Shown in pieces: positions 9,520 through 20,108 of a stretch of 64,000 bases of DNA. Source of the stretch: an uncultured delta proteobacterium (GTDB taxonomy: Bacteria; Desulfobacterota; Desulfomonilia; UBA1062). Positions within the stretch are counted from its first letter, which is position 1; every line of letters starts with the position of its first letter. The notes under the pieces were generated by a model. The model did no database searches. It had not been told where the DNA came from and saw only the letters and a program-made list of their open reading frames with translations. The position numbers and the translations under genes are program-made. The stretch covers positions 32,001 through 96,000 of the forward strand of contig CAWCTR010000024.1 of the NCBI GenBank assembly GCA_963798485.1, written 5' to 3'.

Positions 9520-11369
9520 GAGGCAGTCGAAAAACCATTTTAGGTAGAAGGTCTTCTCCATATAATTGGTACATTTTCAAATCATGATTACATACGTTCT
9601 CGATTAAACTTTCTTCAGGTCATCCATTCATACCATTGATAACCTTGTAAGGATTCCTCCCCCTTTGATGTTTTATGCGAAGCCATAGGTTGCTATTTTC
9701 TCTATATTGTGAACCATGCAGTACAAGAGCCATTGTATGTTGACCTTGATCTTCCCCCTCAGTGTAAACCTGTCCATCCGTTTATTGGTGCGGATATTCC
9801 CGAATACCTGTTCTACTATGGCAATCCGGTGGGAATAGATCTTCCGGCCTTTCTCACTCTCGATCTTCTCCACCATAATCTGTGAGAGGTTGATCCCATC
9901 AGGTCCGATGGGAACCGTCAAGTTCTTGGGGCCACGGCCATTCCCATATATGCACTTGCTCTTTAGCCTGCAGTCTCTGCAGTCCTGTTTTTGTGCACGA
10001 TATAATCGATATAAATTCCCAGTGGAACGATGGCACTTTTCCGATAGTTTAAGTATCTTCCCATTGGGACAGACATACTGATCTTCTTCCTCATTATAGA
10101 GGTAGTCCTCAAGAGCATAGTGGGTCCTGGTCATGCGGCCTTTCCGCCTCCATTCATCATATCGCGGGTCTCTCGTGCTCATTTGCTTATCCGGGATGTA
10201 CGCATCCAACTTCTCGTCTTCACATTTCTGGATATTGCCCTTGCTGTGATAGCCGCTGTCAGCTGTGAGTGTCTTTCCCGCAAAGTATTCTGCAGAATCC
10301 GCCTGACCAATCTGACTCATGTTCTCCTTGGCACCATCGATCATCGGCGGAATGAGCGCCTCATCATGGCCTTCTCCGAACACCTCGCCATGGATGATCA
10401 CCCGATGCTTAGCATCCACCAACGCCTGGCTGTTGTACCCCTGGATCATTCCATGTGATGTGATCATCGTCGCTGAATCATTGTCCGTGACGTTGCTCCT
10501 GATCTCCCGTCCCTTCTTCCCGATCTTGGCTTCATTCTCCTTCAGCCACGCCTGTATCCGATCAGCCTGCCTCTTGAGCGCCTCAACCTGTTTCTCGCGA
10601 TTGCCTCCGGAAAAGGGTGGATCATCGTCCTTCCGGTCCTCTTCCTCCTGCTCGTTGAGCGTCTGCCTGACCCGTTCCTCGATCTTCTCCTTCTTCCTCC
10701 TCAGATCATCGACCTTCCCGCTCCACCTCATGGACGCATTGCCGGGAAGCTTGCAGCCGTCCAAAGCAAAGAAGGTCCCCCCAAGCAGATTCATCTCCTC
10801 ACAGACCAAGAGCACATCCCTGAACAACGGCAGGATCTCATCCTTCATGGATGCTACAAAAGGGGCTATCGTGCTGTGGTCAGGATACTGCCCGCAGCTC
10901 AATGCCATGAACACCACGTTCTCCTTGCATGCCTGTTCGATCTTCCTCGACGAGATCAGTCCCCGTGAGTATCCCAGCAATACGACCTTCAGTAAAATCC
11001 GGGGATCGTATGCCCTTCGTCCGGTCTCATCATTGCGGTACTTCTCATCGAATATGCTCACGTCCATACGCTCATCTACAAGTGTGTGGATCGCGAATTC
11101 CAGGGTCCCGGGCATGAGCTGTTCCTTCAATGATACCGGTATCAGCATGTCTTGTGCGTACGTGTAAGGCTTGTACTTGGCCATGGCTTCCAACCCTTTC
11201 TGAAATGGGGAGAATGAAAAATCTTCGCTCCTTGATTACAACCTGAATATATCACATATCATATTGAATATAAAGGCTATTATTGACTTTTTGATGAATA
11301 TTTTGTGCTATATGAAAATTGACTTTAGCAACCCCTTACAAGAGACAACCGACCTTTTTCGACAACCTC
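9520..11369 (-). mobile_element. IS1182-family insertion sequence, element A
   Basis: Terminal IRs GAGGCAGTCGAAAAA / TTTTTCGACAACCTC; 3-bp target duplication GGT on both sides. Confidence 0.9.
9673..11193 (-). CDS. IS1182-family DDE transposase
   Basis: GRRAYDPRILLK, SSRKIE, PDHSTI, ALDGCK, GYNSQ, ADSGY, VEQVFGNIR motifs. Confidence 0.95.
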   Translation of the reverse strand: MEAMAKYKPYTYAQDMLIPVSLKEQLMPGTLEFAIHTLVDERMDVSIFDEKYRNDETGRRAYDPRILLKVVLLGYSRGLISSRKIEQACKENVVFMALSCGQYPDHSTIAPFVASMKDEILPLFRDVLLVCEEMNLLGGTFFALDGCKLPGNASMRWSGKVDDLRRKKEKIEERVRQTLNEQEEEDRKDDDPPFSGGNREKQVEALKRQADRIQAWLKENEAKIGKKGREIRSNVTDNDSATMITSHGMIQGYNSQALVDAKHRVIIHGEVFGEGHDEALIPPMIDGAKENMSQIGQADSAEYFAGKTLTADSGYHSKGNIQKCEDEKLDAYIPDKQMSTRDPRYDEWRRKGRMTRTHYALEDYLYNEEEDQYVCPNGKILKLSEKCHRSTGNLYRLYRAQKQDCRDCRLKSKCIYGNGRGPKNLTVPIGPDGINLSQIMVEKIESEKGRKIYSHRIAIVEQVFGNIRTNKRMDRFTLRGKIKVNIQWLLYCMVHNIEKIATYGFA

Positions 11370-11638
11370 GGTTGAAACCTATGCAGCAAGGCGGTCAATA
11401 TCAGAGCATGTCCTGGCATGAAATCTTTGATTTTCCATGCCCCGTTTTTTCGATGATTATGAAAATAAATGCTCTTCAATAACCATTGGCCTTGTTACCC
11501 AGTATCATCACTTTGGAAGGACTGTAGCAACAATATGATAAAAATGTCATTTATATTAAGTCATTTATCTTGTTCATTGCAGTCCTCAAGAAATAAGTTC
11601 AAGAGGTACTTTGGTTCTTTCAGTTATTACCGGCTTAA

Positions 11639-12574
11639 TTATCTGTTTTCTTCAATGACCTGCTTATAAGCATTTGTTTCTAAATAGATTTCATCTTTTA
11701 GTGGATTGAACCTGTTTTTACGAATCTTATTAAACTGATAGGCAGCTAGTGCAACATTTGCGATTAAGGATAACAGGCTTACGATGAAAAAAGCGGTTGG
11801 ATTATGCGTGGTAGCAACAGGAGCTATGCGATCTGCAAACGAAGGTATCGTCATAACAAACATAATCCACAAGGCAAGGGTCTGCGCACGATGCTGCAGC
11901 CACGCTCCTTTTTTGATAAAAAAAGCAGGTATGGTGCAGGCAAGCAACAAAGCTAAGCCACAATAAAATGAATGATCGGCTATACAGTTGTAGGTATAGG
12001 CGAAGTTCCACAAATCATAAGCTATGATCCAAGGCCAGATCATGTCAGGCCAGATCATATCCTTTGTCTTGTCTTTAGAAATAAAGATACCAAGCCAGCC
12101 ACAGATGGTGATGATGTTAAGGAGGCCGGCTATACCATTCATGATATTCCATGGTCCTGACATCACCCAAAGATGGTTTATATATGCTCCGTTCCATGCA
12201 CTATATGAAAAGCATTGGAAATCACGAATACATGCTTCAAGGATATTAATTGCCAAGATGAAAGGAGGAAAGCATAACGCCCACTTCTTTTCGGCAAGCA
12301 CTGGAATATAGCGGATAGCCATAAAACCAAGACACCCTGCAAGGGCTGAGTAGGTTTTTACCCAGTTAAACCAAGTGCCCGTACCATATTCATTGCCTGG
12401 GGCTGCGGTCGTTGGCCAGACAAAGATAGTTAACGCTACAGGAACAATTAGAAAGAGTACAAGCCCGCCCCATTTTGTGGTGCGACCAAGTTCATTAAAA
12501 GCCATTAAAGCAAAGAAAACAAAAAGCCAAATCGCCCAACTTGTGAAGCTCGTTACTTCATACAAAAAACCCAT
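11639..12574 (-). CDS. DUF5692-like integral membrane protein
   Basis: WFNWVKTYS, INILEAC, WPDMIWPWIIAYDLWNFAYTYNC, GAWLQHRAQTL motifs. Confidence 0.75.
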   Translation of the reverse strand: MGFLYEVTSFTSWAIWLFVFFALMAFNELGRTTKWGGLVLFLIVPVALTIFVWPTTAAPGNEYGTGTWFNWVKTYSALAGCLGFMAIRYIPVLAEKKWALCFPPFILAINILEACIRDFQCFSYSAWNGAYINHLWVMSGPWNIMNGIAGLLNIITICGWLGIFISKDKTKDMIWPDMIWPWIIAYDLWNFAYTYNCIADHSFYCGLALLLACTIPAFFIKKGAWLQHRAQTLALWIMFVMTIPSFADRIAPVATTHNPTAFFIVSLLSLIANVALAAYQFNKIRKNRFNPLKDEIYLETNAYKQVIEENR

Positions 12575-12911
12575 AGCACTCTACCTCCAATAAAATCGTA
12601 AATTATAATAGCACTGTTATGTGCAGTGCTTTTTCTTTAACCTTATTGATATAGTAAAGATATACTGCACAGATTCAAGAGCTATGAGGGTAATTGTTAG
12701 ACAAGTTTCATGTTTAGCTGCCTGGTTTATTCATAGACAGAGCTATGGTTGATTTTGCTTTTCCTGACCATATAGAAAAGGAAGGCGTATCTATTGATAA
12801 AAAGGATAATAACAAGGAAAAGAGAACATCCATGATGAGTAAAGATTCTCTTTGTTAGTGACCCCGGTAATATTAGGAGTTAAACTAACAGCGCCATTAG
12901 GAGAGCTAAAA

Positions 12912-13451
12912 ATGGGTAAACTTATCAATCTAATGGCTGTGTTGGGGATGACCATGCTCCTGACTGCTTGCGTCGCAACTCTTCCGTCACTCAAGACTGT
13001 TGACCATGTTGATATTCAGCGCTTCATGGGGGACTGGTATGTTATCGCCTGTATCCCGACCCCTTATGAAACAGAAGTTTACAATGCTATCGAATCCTAC
13101 CAGCTTGATGAAGATGGCACGATCGCCACAACCTTTACATTCCACAAGGGGGCTTTTGACGGCCCGCTCAAGACCTATAAACCACGTGGCTTCATTGTCA
13201 ACTCCACCACTAATGCTACCTGGGGAATGCAATTCATCTGGCCTATCAAGGCCGAATACCTGATTACCTACTTGACTGATGACTACACTCAGACCGTGGT
13301 CGCCCGCAACAAGCGGGACTACGTATGGATTATGGCCCGAAAGCCTGAAATACCCGAAGTGGACTATATCCGTATCGAGGAGATGCTTGCAGCACAGGGG
13401 TATGACTCCTCGAGGCTGATCAAGATTCCGCAGCGCTGGCCCGAACCATGA
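12912..13451 (+). CDS. blc: Outer-membrane lipoprotein lipocalin (Blc family)
   Basis: Lipobox LTAC; VDIQRFMGDWYVIA and YVWIMARKP motifs; start chosen at the ATG after the GGAG RBS. Confidence 0.88.
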   Translation: MGKLINLMAVLGMTMLLTACVATLPSLKTVDHVDIQRFMGDWYVIACIPTPYETEVYNAIESYQLDEDGTIATTFTFHKGAFDGPLKTYKPRGFIVNSTTNATWGMQFIWPIKAEYLITYLTDDYTQTVVARNKRDYVWIMARKPEIPEVDYIRIEEMLAAQGYDSSRLIKIPQRWPEP

Positions 13452-14038
13452 AAACATATGCTTTAATGGGAAGGAAACTCCTCAACATAATTCTGTTTCA
13501 GGCGGCCTGGTTTGCGGCAGTGATGGGGGCTAGCAACGGAAACGAGTGGTATGGGCCGATGGCAGTGGCATTGGTGCTTTTGGTGCATTTCGTGCTCATC
13601 GAAGACCGCCTGAGTGAGCTGCGTTTGCTGCTTGTGACGGGAACCCTCGGATTCTGTTTCGATACAGCGCTGTCGGTCGCTGGAATCGTCACCCCCCGGG
13701 GACATATCCTGCCCCATCCTTTCAGCCAGCCCTGGATGGTCTCCCTCTGGCTTAATTTCGCAGCCACTCTCAATGTATCTCTGGAATGGCTCAAAGGGCG
13801 CTACCTGTTGGCGGCAATTTTCGGTGCTGTCGGAGGGACCTGCGCCTACTACAGCGGTGCCCGGCTGGGAGCGACACTGGCACTGCCGGATGTCCAGGGT
13901 ATCATCATTCTGGCAGTGGGCTGGGGGATCGTGACACCGATTCTGGTCTGGCTGGCAAGTCAGTTTCAAAAGAAAGGCTCCCCCGAACAACAGTTCCATA
14001 AGAACACATCTCATGCGGAAGGAAGGAAAGCAGGATGA
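13448..14038 (+). CDS. DUF2878 family membrane protein
   Basis: NIILFQAAWF, PWMVSLWLNFA, GG-x-x-AYYSGARLGA motifs. Confidence 0.82.
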   Translation: MKTYALMGRKLLNIILFQAAWFAAVMGASNGNEWYGPMAVALVLLVHFVLIEDRLSELRLLLVTGTLGFCFDTALSVAGIVTPRGHILPHPFSQPWMVSLWLNFAATLNVSLEWLKGRYLLAAIFGAVGGTCAYYSGARLGATLALPDVQGIIILAVGWGIVTPILVWLASQFQKKGSPEQQFHKNTSHAEGRKAG

Positions 14039-14436
14039 AAGTCATCTATCTCTATTTTCTCACAATACCTGTATTCTTCGGGATCGATATGATCTGGCTC
14101 GGGTTTGTTGCAAAGGGGTTTTACCGGAAGAATCTGGGTCAGCTGCTCCGGTCGGATGTAAACTGGTCCGCAGCCTTGGTTTTTTATCTGCTCTACATCG
14201 GTGGTATCCTGATCTTTGCAACTATGCCGGCACTGGAGAAAAATTCGTTGTATCAGGCAGTTGTTTTCGGGGGATTGTTCGGCTTCTTCGCCTATGCCAC
14301 CTATGACTTAACAAACTTGGCCACCCTGAAGGGCTGGCGGCTCAATGTCGTTATAGTGGATATCATCTGGGGTATAGTACTGACTGCAAGCGTTGCGGCG
14401 GCGAGCTTCCTGATCGGCCGATGGCTCATGACTTGA
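14035..14436 (+). CDS. DUF2177 family membrane protein
   Basis: IDMIWLG, YATYDLTNLATLKGW, VDIIWG motifs. Confidence 0.88.
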   Translation: MKVIYLYFLTIPVFFGIDMIWLGFVAKGFYRKNLGQLLRSDVNWSAALVFYLLYIGGILIFATMPALEKNSLYQAVVFGGLFGFFAYATYDLTNLATLKGWRLNVVIVDIIWGIVLTASVAAASFLIGRWLMT

Positions 14437-14461
14437 GAGAGGACCTGCAGGGGGTGATTCA

Positions 14462-15241
14462 ATGAAACTGGTCAATACCTTTTTGAGCGCTGCACTGATC
14501 GTGTTCCTGTACATGACGGCATTATACCTGCTAGCTCTCAGGCGCAAGGACAACAGTATTGCCGATGTGGCCTGGGGTTCGGGGTTTATACTCGTGGCCT
14601 GGTTCACCTTTATTTTGTACGGTTCCTTTACCGTGCGGCAACTAACTGCTTGTTTTCTGGTGTTGATCTGGGGGCTCAGGCTCTCAGTCAGGATCTATCT
14701 GCGTAACAGAGGTAAAGGAGAAGACGCACGGTACCGGAAGTGGCGGGAGGAATGGGGCAAGTCTTTTATCGTAAGGAGCTATCTCCAGGTTTTTCTCCTT
14801 CAGGGAGGAATCCTGATTCTGAACATTACCCCTGTTCTTTTCATCAATACCTATGCCGTGGGTACCCTAGGTCTGATTGATTTGCTGGGTGTGTTTCTCT
14901 GGGTAATGGGTTTTTGCTTCGAGTCTCTTGCTGACTGGCAGCTGGACAGGTTCATCAAGAACCCGGATAACCGGGGTAAGATCATGTACCAGGGCCTATG
15001 GCGTTATTCAAGACACCCAAACTACTTCGGCGAAGTCACGATGTGGTGGGGCATATATATCCTTGCCTTATCGGCACCCTGGGGTTGGGTGTCCATTATC
15101 GGACCATTGACGATAAGCTACATAATCCTGTTTGTGTCCGGGGTTCCTATGACGGAAAAATTCATGGAGGACAATCCGGCCTTTGCTGACTACAAAAGAC
15201 GGACGAGTGCCTTTATTCCCTGGTTTTCCGGAAAGGATTGA
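14462..15241 (+). CDS. DUF1295 family (steroid 5-alpha-reductase-like) membrane protein
   Basis: SIADVAWG, EDARY, GLWRYSRHPNYFGE, YKRRTSAFIPW motifs. Confidence 0.9.
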   Translation: MKLVNTFLSAALIVFLYMTALYLLALRRKDNSIADVAWGSGFILVAWFTFILYGSFTVRQLTACFLVLIWGLRLSVRIYLRNRGKGEDARYRKWREEWGKSFIVRSYLQVFLLQGGILILNITPVLFINTYAVGTLGLIDLLGVFLWVMGFCFESLADWQLDRFIKNPDNRGKIMYQGLWRYSRHPNYFGEVTMWWGIYILALSAPWGWVSIIGPLTISYIILFVSGVPMTEKFMEDNPAFADYKRRTSAFIPWFSGKD

Positions 15242-15290
15242 AGACTAAAGAGTATTTTATTTATTCTGCAAGGGGATATAAGGTGGATGT

Positions 15291-15902
15291 ATGAACAGCA
15301 AAACACGGAAACTTCTTCTCATAAGCATCATTTTGACAACCCACTTGATCCCCTTTCCGGACATCGCCCTAGCAGACTTGGATATGAGTCAGTCCGCCGT
15401 CACAATCACCATTTCAGGGGTTGTGATGGATAAGACAGTTCAAATAGACGGCCATACATGTAACTTGATCGGGGCAGGACTGCTCCGCTATCGGACTGTG
15501 TTCAAGGGATATGTCGCAGCCCTCTATCTGGAAAAAAAGCATACCTCTGGAGACCTTTTCAAAGATATCCCCAAGAGCCTGGTGATCGAATACTTCCACG
15601 GGATTGCTGCCCAGGGGTTCATTTCAGCCACCCAGCAGGGTTTCATGAATAATCTCTCCAAGAATCAACTAGAGGCAATTAATGAACGTGCCAAGACCCT
15701 CTATTCACTTTACCGTGATGTCAAGCCTAAGGATAGATATTCTTTTACATACATACCAGGTATAGGCTCACAAATAGCCCTGAATGGAAAGGTTTTAGGG
15801 ACCATCATTGGACTTGATTTTTCAAACGCCATGCTGTCCATCTGGCTTGGTCCTAATCCGCTGGATCAAACCCTAAAAAAAGCTCTTCTGGGCGAGAATT
15901 AA
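15291..15902 (+). CDS. Chalcone isomerase-like family protein
   Basis: LIGAGLLR, YVAALYL, SIWLGPNP, LKKALLG motifs. Confidence 0.85.
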   Translation: MNSKTRKLLLISIILTTHLIPFPDIALADLDMSQSAVTITISGVVMDKTVQIDGHTCNLIGAGLLRYRTVFKGYVAALYLEKKHTSGDLFKDIPKSLVIEYFHGIAAQGFISATQQGFMNNLSKNQLEAINERAKTLYSLYRDVKPKDRYSFTYIPGIGSQIALNGKVLGTIIGLDFSNAMLSIWLGPNPLDQTLKKALLGEN

Positions 15903-16118
15903 ACCTGAGAAATTCTATAAAAAGAACATGAGGTTCTGCCAAGGTTATATAACAAGAAGAAGGTAGACATATTCAGATGCCTTCAAGCTTCTCAATGGTA
16001 CCCCTTCAGAAAACATAAACACGAAGATCATCCAGCTTGATTTTCTGCAACGTCTTCCTTACTTTGTATTATATTGTCTTATTACTGGGGAGTTATACCT
16101 TAGGCGGGGGAATAAGTA

Positions 16119-17375
16119 ATGAAAATAGCGGTCGTGGGTGCAGGTGTTGCAGGCATTGTTGCATCCTATCTCCTTCAAAGACAGCACGACATCACCTTAT
16201 ATGACAAGAATGACTACATCGGCGGCCACACCCACACCATTGTCATTGAGAGAGGAGAAGATGCGGGTACGCCTGTAGATACCGGCTTCATTGTATTCAA
16301 TGAGAAGACATACCCCAACTTCTTGCGTTTCCTTTCACAGCTCGGGGTTGAAAAGCAGAACAGCACCATGTGCTTCAGTTATTATGATGAAAGAACAGGT
16401 CTTACCTATGGGAGTGAAACCCTTGACACCTTATTTGCACAGCGCATAAACACCTGCAAGCCATCCTTCTGGATGATGATCTTCGGAATCCTCCACTTCA
16501 ATCACCATACTCCGAAACGCCTGCATGAAGGAAGGTTAAAGGACTTCACCATGGGCCAGTATCTTACAACCTGCCGGTACAATCCCCACTTCATCGAGAA
16601 ATATCTTCTCCCTATGTGTGCCTCAGTCTGGTCAGCACCTGATGTGCGGATGCTTGATTTTCCCATGGAAACCTTTGCGCGATTCTTTTTAAACCACGGC
16701 CTTTTCTCCATAATCAAGCACCCCCAGTGGTACACGGTTAAAGGAGGAAGCCATGAATACGTCAAGGCATTTTTAAAAACTTTCAAAGGGCGTGTTCTTC
16801 CAAACACTCCAGTGCAGGGAATCCGAAGAGAAAACGGCAGGGTGTTCGTAAAGGCCAACGATGGCAGCGAAGAGGATTATGATAAAGTCGTACTTGCCTG
16901 CCATGCAGACGAGTCGCTCCGCATACTCACTGATCCATCGTCGGAAGAGTCTCGACTCCTGACCCCCTGGACGTATTCCTTCAACAGGACTGTCCTTCAT
17001 ACAGATACATCTTTTCTCCCTTCCCATCAAAAGGTCTGGTCTTCATGGAATTATGTCCGCTCATCAGAGGTACAATCAGGTTCGCCTGTCATGCTCACCT
17101 ATCACATGAACCGATTGCAGAACCTCTCAACCAAGAGTCAATACTGTGTAACCCTTAACCCCAAGAGATCGGTGAAACAAGGCTATGTTATCAGGGATAT
17201 GGTCTACACCCACCCAATTTTTACGCCTGAGTCCTTATCTTCACAGGCGGAGATCAATAAGATGAGCGGACAGAGGAACACTTATTACTGCGGGAGTTAC
17301 CTGGGATACGGTTTTCACGAGGATGCAGTGAAGTCCGCAGTGGCTGTAGCGAGGTCATTGAGTATCGAGTTATGA
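16119..17375 (+). CDS. FAD-dependent oxidoreductase (cfa-cluster-associated, fatty-acyl-desaturase-like)
   Basis: GAGVAG, GGHTHT, VDTGFIVFN, WSSWNY, YTHP, GYGFHED motifs. Confidence 0.9.
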   Translation: MKIAVVGAGVAGIVASYLLQRQHDITLYDKNDYIGGHTHTIVIERGEDAGTPVDTGFIVFNEKTYPNFLRFLSQLGVEKQNSTMCFSYYDERTGLTYGSETLDTLFAQRINTCKPSFWMMIFGILHFNHHTPKRLHEGRLKDFTMGQYLTTCRYNPHFIEKYLLPMCASVWSAPDVRMLDFPMETFARFFLNHGLFSIIKHPQWYTVKGGSHEYVKAFLKTFKGRVLPNTPVQGIRRENGRVFVKANDGSEEDYDKVVLACHADESLRILTDPSSEESRLLTPWTYSFNRTVLHTDTSFLPSHQKVWSSWNYVRSSEVQSGSPVMLTYHMNRLQNLSTKSQYCVTLNPKRSVKQGYVIRDMVYTHPIFTPESLSSQAEINKMSGQRNTYYCGSYLGYGFHEDAVKSAVAVARSLSIEL

Positions 17376-19381
17376 GGTCAAGGATTTACGAAGGCTTTGT
17401 TGAGCACATCCGGGTAAAGCCTGTCTTTCACAGGCTAAGATATCCCCTGTACTTTTACTGCATCGACCTGGACGAACTCTCCGAGATGGATAAAAAGCTT
17501 CCCCTTTTCGGTTATAATCGGATGTGGCCCGTATCCATCTATGATGCCGATTACCTTGATGGCGGTGCAGGACCGATCAAGGAGAAGGTCATGCATCTTC
17601 TCGGACAAAGCGGCCTTGCCTCTGAAGTCCAACGTATCTTCCTTGTCACACAGCCCAGATACTTTATGGGTATATTCAACCCGGTGAGTTTCTACTACTG
17701 TTTTGGAAAAAACGGAAATCTTAGCTGCGTAGTGACTGAGGTGAACAACACCTTTGGCGAACGGCATGTATATGTTCTGAAGGATGCACGGGATCAGGGA
17801 AATGTCTATCCTGCCGTGTTCACGACGGACAAGGCATTTCATGTATCGCCCTTTAATGATGTGAGTGGCAGCTATGAAATGAGCTTCTCTGAGATTGGAG
17901 ATGAGGTTGACATCCATGTAGATCTCATTCGCGATGGTGAGAAGGTATTCGGTGCACAGCTCTTTGGAAGGGCACGGCCCATGACCACCAAGGAACAGCT
18001 CTCTGTCATCTTGAGGCACCCCCTCATCCCCCGACTCACCATGGCCAGGATCTACTGGGAGGCGGCCAAGCTTTTCTTTCTCAGGAAGTTATCCTATCAC
18101 CCGAAACCTTCACCCATGAGCATCATGACTATAAAGCGGAACCCACCGACTGCAATGCAACGTTTTATCATGAAGGTGATTGAAAGCCTGCTCGAAGGGA
18201 TTGAACGGGGTAGACTCGAACTTTTGTTGTCGGATGGGAGTACGCACAGCTTCGGAAAAGAATACAAGTCTCAGCAACCTGAGTGCATCCTTGTCAACGA
18301 CTATGAATTTTTCACACGAATAGCGTTTCATGGTGATATCGGCCTCGGCGAGGCTTACATGGATGGTCTATGGGACAGCGATGACCTTACGGGGGTACTC
18401 AAACTTCTCATCGAGAACAGGAAGGCCATATCCGAGGGGAACCTTGCATTCTCAGCTATCTCTCGCAGCCGGAACTACAGATTGCATCTCTCACGACCCA
18501 ACACCCTTCTCGGCAGCAAGGAGAACATTGCAGCTCATTATGATTTGAGCGCCGACTTCTATGGGACCTTCCTGGACAAGACCATGACATATTCCTGCGG
18601 GATTTTCAGGTCTGAAGACGAAAGCCTGGAAGATGCTCAGCACAATAAGATTCAAAGTATTATTGAAAAAGCTGGTATCACCAGGAAAGATCATGTCCTG
18701 GAGATCGGGTGCGGTTGGGGAGGGTTTGCCATAGAAGCTGTCAAGGCTACTGGATGTAGCTTAACTGGTATAACCATCTCAAAAACACAGTATGATTATG
18801 CAAAGGAAAGGGTGAAGCGCGAAGGCCTTGAAGACAGGATAGAGATCCTTTTGGAGGACTACCGCACTGTACGAGGTTCATATGACAAGATCACCTCCAT
18901 CGAGATGCTCGAAGCTGTGGGGCATGATCATCTGGGAAACTTTTTTGCTATCTGCGATAACCTCCTCAAACCCGAGGGCCTGGCAGTGCTCCAGGTAATA
19001 ACCATCCCGGATGCCCGTTATGAAACGTATCGGAGCGAGGCGAACTGGATCAATAAACATATCTTCCCAGGTGGGCACTTACCTTCACTCACTGCTATAT
19101 GCGATGCTATGACTGCACAGTCCAGGCTGCAAGTGGAACATATCGAGAACATCGGCATTCACTATGCCGAAACACTCAAGCGCTGGCGTCAACGTTTTAT
19201 AGCTGCAAAGGATGATTTGACGAAGATGGGCTTTGACAGGACCTTGCAGCGCAAATGGATATACTACTTCTCCATATGTGAGGCCCAGTTTGCCTTGCGT
19301 GTACTGAATAACCTCCAGATTGTTCTAACAAGGGAGGGGAACAGACGCCTCAAGCGAAATCAGGGTATAGTATACCTTTGA
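17372..19381 (+). CDS. Fusion of DUF1365 and a cyclopropane-fatty-acyl-phospholipid synthase family SAM methyltransferase
   Basis: N-half FNPVSFYYC, EVNNTFGERH, KAFHVSPF; C-half IAAHYDL, MTYSC, LEIGCGWG, SIEMLEAVG, IFPGG. Confidence 0.9.
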   Translation: MRSRIYEGFVEHIRVKPVFHRLRYPLYFYCIDLDELSEMDKKLPLFGYNRMWPVSIYDADYLDGGAGPIKEKVMHLLGQSGLASEVQRIFLVTQPRYFMGIFNPVSFYYCFGKNGNLSCVVTEVNNTFGERHVYVLKDARDQGNVYPAVFTTDKAFHVSPFNDVSGSYEMSFSEIGDEVDIHVDLIRDGEKVFGAQLFGRARPMTTKEQLSVILRHPLIPRLTMARIYWEAAKLFFLRKLSYHPKPSPMSIMTIKRNPPTAMQRFIMKVIESLLEGIERGRLELLLSDGSTHSFGKEYKSQQPECILVNDYEFFTRIAFHGDIGLGEAYMDGLWDSDDLTGVLKLLIENRKAISEGNLAFSAISRSRNYRLHLSRPNTLLGSKENIAAHYDLSADFYGTFLDKTMTYSCGIFRSEDESLEDAQHNKIQSIIEKAGITRKDHVLEIGCGWGGFAIEAVKATGCSLTGITISKTQYDYAKERVKREGLEDRIEILLEDYRTVRGSYDKITSIEMLEAVGHDHLGNFFAICDNLLKPEGLAVLQVITIPDARYETYRSEANWINKHIFPGGHLPSLTAICDAMTAQSRLQVEHIENIGIHYAETLKRWRQRFIAAKDDLTKMGFDRTLQRKWIYYFSICEAQFALRVLNNLQIVLTREGNRRLKRNQGIVYL

Positions 19382-19399
19382 AGGGAGAGAATAAGAACA

Positions 19400-19984
19400 A
19401 TGAGTAAGAAAGACAGGAGAATCATCCTCATCTGCCAGTGCCTTGTAAATCCTTACTGCAGGGTGCACATCCTGGGGCAGAACTTCCCTTTATCACTTGA
19501 AGTAACAGACTATTTGCTGAGGAAGAACGTGGGCATCATCCAGTATTCCTGCCCCGAGACTACTGCCATGGGCCTGATGCGAAACCCCCAAGGTCGACAG
19601 CAATACGACAATATCTTCTTCCGCAACCATTGTAAGGAATTGCTCCAGGTGCCCATGCTAATGGTCAGGGAATTCCTCAAGAACCACTACCGCCTGTGCT
19701 GTTTCATCGGCCTGGAGAACAGCCCTACCTGCGGCATCCACTGGGGTCGGCACAAGGTGAACAGGTATGGCACCGAGTCGCCCAACACCGACGAAGTGTA
19801 TGGAAAAAATCCAAAAGACCCAGTTCTACGGGGAATCATGGGCGAGATCCTGGAGGAGGAACTGGCCAAGGAGGGGATCACAACCCCATTTCTGGAACTG
19901 CCGGCCCTTTCTCCTGCCGATTCGGACAAAAGGAAACAGTTCTGGAAAGATCTAGAGGATGCACTTTATTATATTCCTGCATAA
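19400..19984 (+). CDS. DUF523/TudS-related [4Fe-4S] desulfidase-like protein
   Basis: QCLVNP, SCPE and NSPTCG cysteine motifs. Confidence 0.72.
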   Translation: MSKKDRRIILICQCLVNPYCRVHILGQNFPLSLEVTDYLLRKNVGIIQYSCPETTAMGLMRNPQGRQQYDNIFFRNHCKELLQVPMLMVREFLKNHYRLCCFIGLENSPTCGIHWGRHKVNRYGTESPNTDEVYGKNPKDPVLRGIMGEILEEELAKEGITTPFLELPALSPADSDKRKQFWKDLEDALYYIPA

Positions 19985-20108
19985 GAGCAGGTAGCTTCTT
20001 AAGCTCCCTCTGCCTGTTTATTACACATCCTGTTTTCAAAGATACCGCAGGATGCTTCAGACTTTTGATTTGCTATAGTTGTAGAGAACATTTTCATAAA
20101 AGTATTCA

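Larger units (their letters stand above)
9466..11491. repeat. ~180-bp repeat copy 2, split by IS1182 (9466-9519 and 11373-11491)
   Basis: Removing the IS restores a sequence colinear with 7816-7994. Confidence 0.8.
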
